DNA of 50,893 bases from an uncultured bacterium (GTDB lineage: Bacteria > CAYJRR01). Position 1 is the first letter of the stretch. Every line of letters begins with the position of its first letter. The notes beneath the pieces are model-generated. The model did no database searches. It had not been told where the DNA came from and saw only the letters and a program-made list of their open reading frames with translations. The position numbers and the translations under genes are program-made. Positions 47,155 through 50,893 of the stretch are shown one piece after another. Where the stretch lies: NCBI GenBank assembly GCA_964372275.1, contig CAYJRR010000012.1:1-50893 (forward strand), read 5' to 3'.

Positions 47155-47957
47155 CGTCCGCGTGGGTCGGGCTGTGGCTCGCCGCGGCGGCTTCGCCGGC
47201 GCCGGTCGACCCGTCGGCGGAGGTCGACGTGGTCGAGCGCCTGGGCGAGCGCGTGCCGGTGGCGATCGAGCTCGTCGGCGAGGACGGCGCCGCCGTCCGT
47301 GTCGGCGATCTGTTGGCGGAGGGGCGCCCGGTGTTGCTGTCCTTGGTCTACTTCGCCTGTCCGGCGCTCTGCCACCGCACCTCCTGGAGCCTGGCGGCGG
47401 CCCTCCGCGGAAGCGGGCTCGCGCTCGGCCGCGACCTGGTGGCGGTGTCGATCAGCATCGATCCGGCCGAGGGTCCGCCGCTGGCGGCGGAGCGGAAGGC
47501 GCGCTACCTGGAGGCGTTCGGGGCGGCGCCCGCGGCGGGATGGCGATTCCTGACCGGCGAGGGGTCGGCGGTGCGCGCGCTGGCCGACAGCGTCGGCGTG
47601 CGCTACGCGCGGGACCCGGCGACCGGCGAGTACGCCCATCCGGCCGTCGCGGTGGTGCTGACGCCGGAGGGCCGCGTCGCGCGCTACCTCTACGGGATCG
47701 ACCCGAAGGCGCGCGACCTGCGCCTGTCGGTGGTCGAGGCGGCCGGGGGGCGCGTCGGCACGACGCTCGACCGCGTGCTCCTCACCTGCTTCCGCTACGA
47801 TCCCGCGCGCCGGCGATACGCGCCTTTCCTGGCCGGCTTCCTCCGCCTCGGCGGACTCGCCGTCTTCGCCGCCGTGGCCTCGATGCTGGGGATCCTGTGG
47901 CATCGCGAGCGTCGCCGGCCCGCGACGGTGGGCGGCCGGACCGGGGAGCGGCCGTGA
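47151..47957 (+). CDS. SCO1/SenC copper chaperone
   Basis: YFACPALC (CxxxC), SISIDP, WRFLTG, YAHPA, RYLYGI. Confidence 0.92.
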   Translation: MTSAWVGLWLAAAASPAPVDPSAEVDVVERLGERVPVAIELVGEDGAAVRVGDLLAEGRPVLLSLVYFACPALCHRTSWSLAAALRGSGLALGRDLVAVSISIDPAEGPPLAAERKARYLEAFGAAPAAGWRFLTGEGSAVRALADSVGVRYARDPATGEYAHPAVAVVLTPEGRVARYLYGIDPKARDLRLSVVEAAGGRVGTTLDRVLLTCFRYDPARRRYAPFLAGFLRLGGLAVFAAVASMLGILWHRERRRPATVGGRTGERP

Positions 47958-48939
47958 ACGAGCTGTTCCGCCGCCTGCTCTTCCTGCCCGAACAGGCCTC
48001 CACCTTCGCCCAGCGGGTCGACCGGCTGCACTACTTCGTCATCGCCACCACGATGGTGATGTCGACGCTGGTCGGGGTGGCGGCGCTCCTCCTCTTCGTC
48101 CGCTACCGGCGCCGCTCCGAGACGCAGACGACCCTCTACGTCGTCACGAGCCGGCGGACGGAGGCGATCTTCGTGACGGTTCCTCTCCTGTTCTTCCTCG
48201 CCTGGTTCGCGATCGGCTATCGCGACTTCGTCGGTCTCTCCACGCCGCCGCGCGACGCGATCGACGTCTACGTGATGGCCAAGCAGTGGATGTGGAAGTT
48301 CAGCTATCCCGACGGTCCGAGCGCGGTCGAGACGCTCCACCTCCCGGCGAACCGCCCGGTCCGTCTGCTCCTCACCTCGCGCGACGTGATCCACTCCTTC
48401 TACGTACCGCAGTTCCGGATCAAGCAGGACGCGTTGCCCGGTCGCTACAGTTCGGTCTGGTTCGAGCCGACGAAGCCGGGCCGCTACGAGATCCTCTGCA
48501 CCGAATACTGCGGGCTGTCTCATTCTCGGATGCGCGGGGAGGTGGTGGTGCTCGAGCCGGCGGCCTACGACGCCTGGCTCGACCGGCACCGTCCCGAACG
48601 GCCGGAACGGCAGGACGCGGTCGCCGCCCTCCCGGCGGCGATGGAGATGGCGGAGCAGGGCCGCCGGCTTTCGCTCGGATTGGGATGCTCCCGCTGCCAC
48701 AGCGCCGACGGCACGGTGCAGATCGGACCGACCTGGGCCGGCCTCTACCGCCGCCCGACGCCGCTCGCGGACGGCGGCCGGGTGGTGGCCGACGAGGCGT
48801 ACCTGAGCGAGTCGATCGTCGATCCCGGCGCGAAGGTGGTCGCCGGGTTCGCGCCGCTGATGCCGAGCTACCGTGGCCGGGTCGGCGCGTCCGAGGTCGC
48901 GGCGCTGCTCGAATACATCAAGTCGCTGCGGGAGGCGCC

Positions 48940-48943
<4 letters not shown>
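47954..48943 (+). CDS. coxB: Cytochrome c oxidase subunit II with C-terminal cytochrome c (caa3 type)
   Basis: KQWMWKF, DVIHSF, CTEYCGLSHSRM CuA ligands, CSRCH heme motif. Confidence 0.96.
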
Positions 48944-50584
<1,641 letters not shown>

Positions 50585-50598
<14 letters not shown>

Positions 50599-50893
50599 GG
50601 CGTCGCCGACCGACGGTTTCGCGGCCGCCGAGGTCGCGCATCACTTCGCCGACGCGCGCACCCAGCTCCATGCCGCGCGTCTGGGGATGTGGACCTTCCT
50701 CTCGACCGAGGTTCTCCTTTTCGCCGGCCTGTTCGCGCTCTATGCGTACGGACGGGTCCATTTCCCGGCGGCGTTCGTCGAGGGGAGCCGCCAACTCGAC
50801 GTCCGGCTCGGCACGCTCAACACCGCGCTGCTCCTCACCAGCTCCCTCTTCGTCGCGTTGGCGCTGCACGCCACGCGGCGCGGGCGCCGCCGT
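50585..50893 (+). CDS. coxC: Cytochrome c oxidase subunit III (3' truncated)
   Basis: GTG after GGAGG; AHHF..Q..AARLGMWTFLSTEVLLFAGLF, GTLNTALLLTSS. Confidence 0.92.

Overview
High-GC bacterial window, probably from an assembled genome (one 100-N gap). Gene content and order point to a deltaproteobacterial / Myxococcota-like organism (inference). Four blocks. (1) 1-28.5 kb, + strand: pilY1 (3' part), HEAT-repeat lipoprotein, XRE-type HTH, pilMNOPQ, aroC, aroK-aroB fusion, Ig-like lipoprotein, TPR protein, MglC-like roadblock protein, a TPR-AroQ fusion, efp, accB, accC, large SgmX-like TPR protein, ExeA-like ATPase, tamB and a long Omp85 (TamA/BamA-like) gene. (2) 28-36.3 kb, - strand: compact polysaccharide export/modification cluster (small membrane protein, short OPX, OM beta-barrel, PCP, tyrosine-free BY-kinase homolog, initiating phosphoglycosyltransferase, Wzy/ligase-family protein, CelD/BcsL-type GNAT). 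(3) 36.3-38.7 kb: exported thermonuclease, a small unannotated ORF, a small OMP, tRNA-His and tRNA-Pro. (4) 38.8 kb-end: DUF2231, alternative complex III (actA-G), SCO and an A2-type caa3 oxidase, cut off in subunit III. The most unusual feature is a type II dehydroquinase whose N-terminus is an ungapped ~49% identical copy of the N-terminal TPRs of the SgmX-like protein 3.6 kb downstream. No CRISPR array, integrase or transposase was seen. All family calls are by eye from motifs; no database searches were run.
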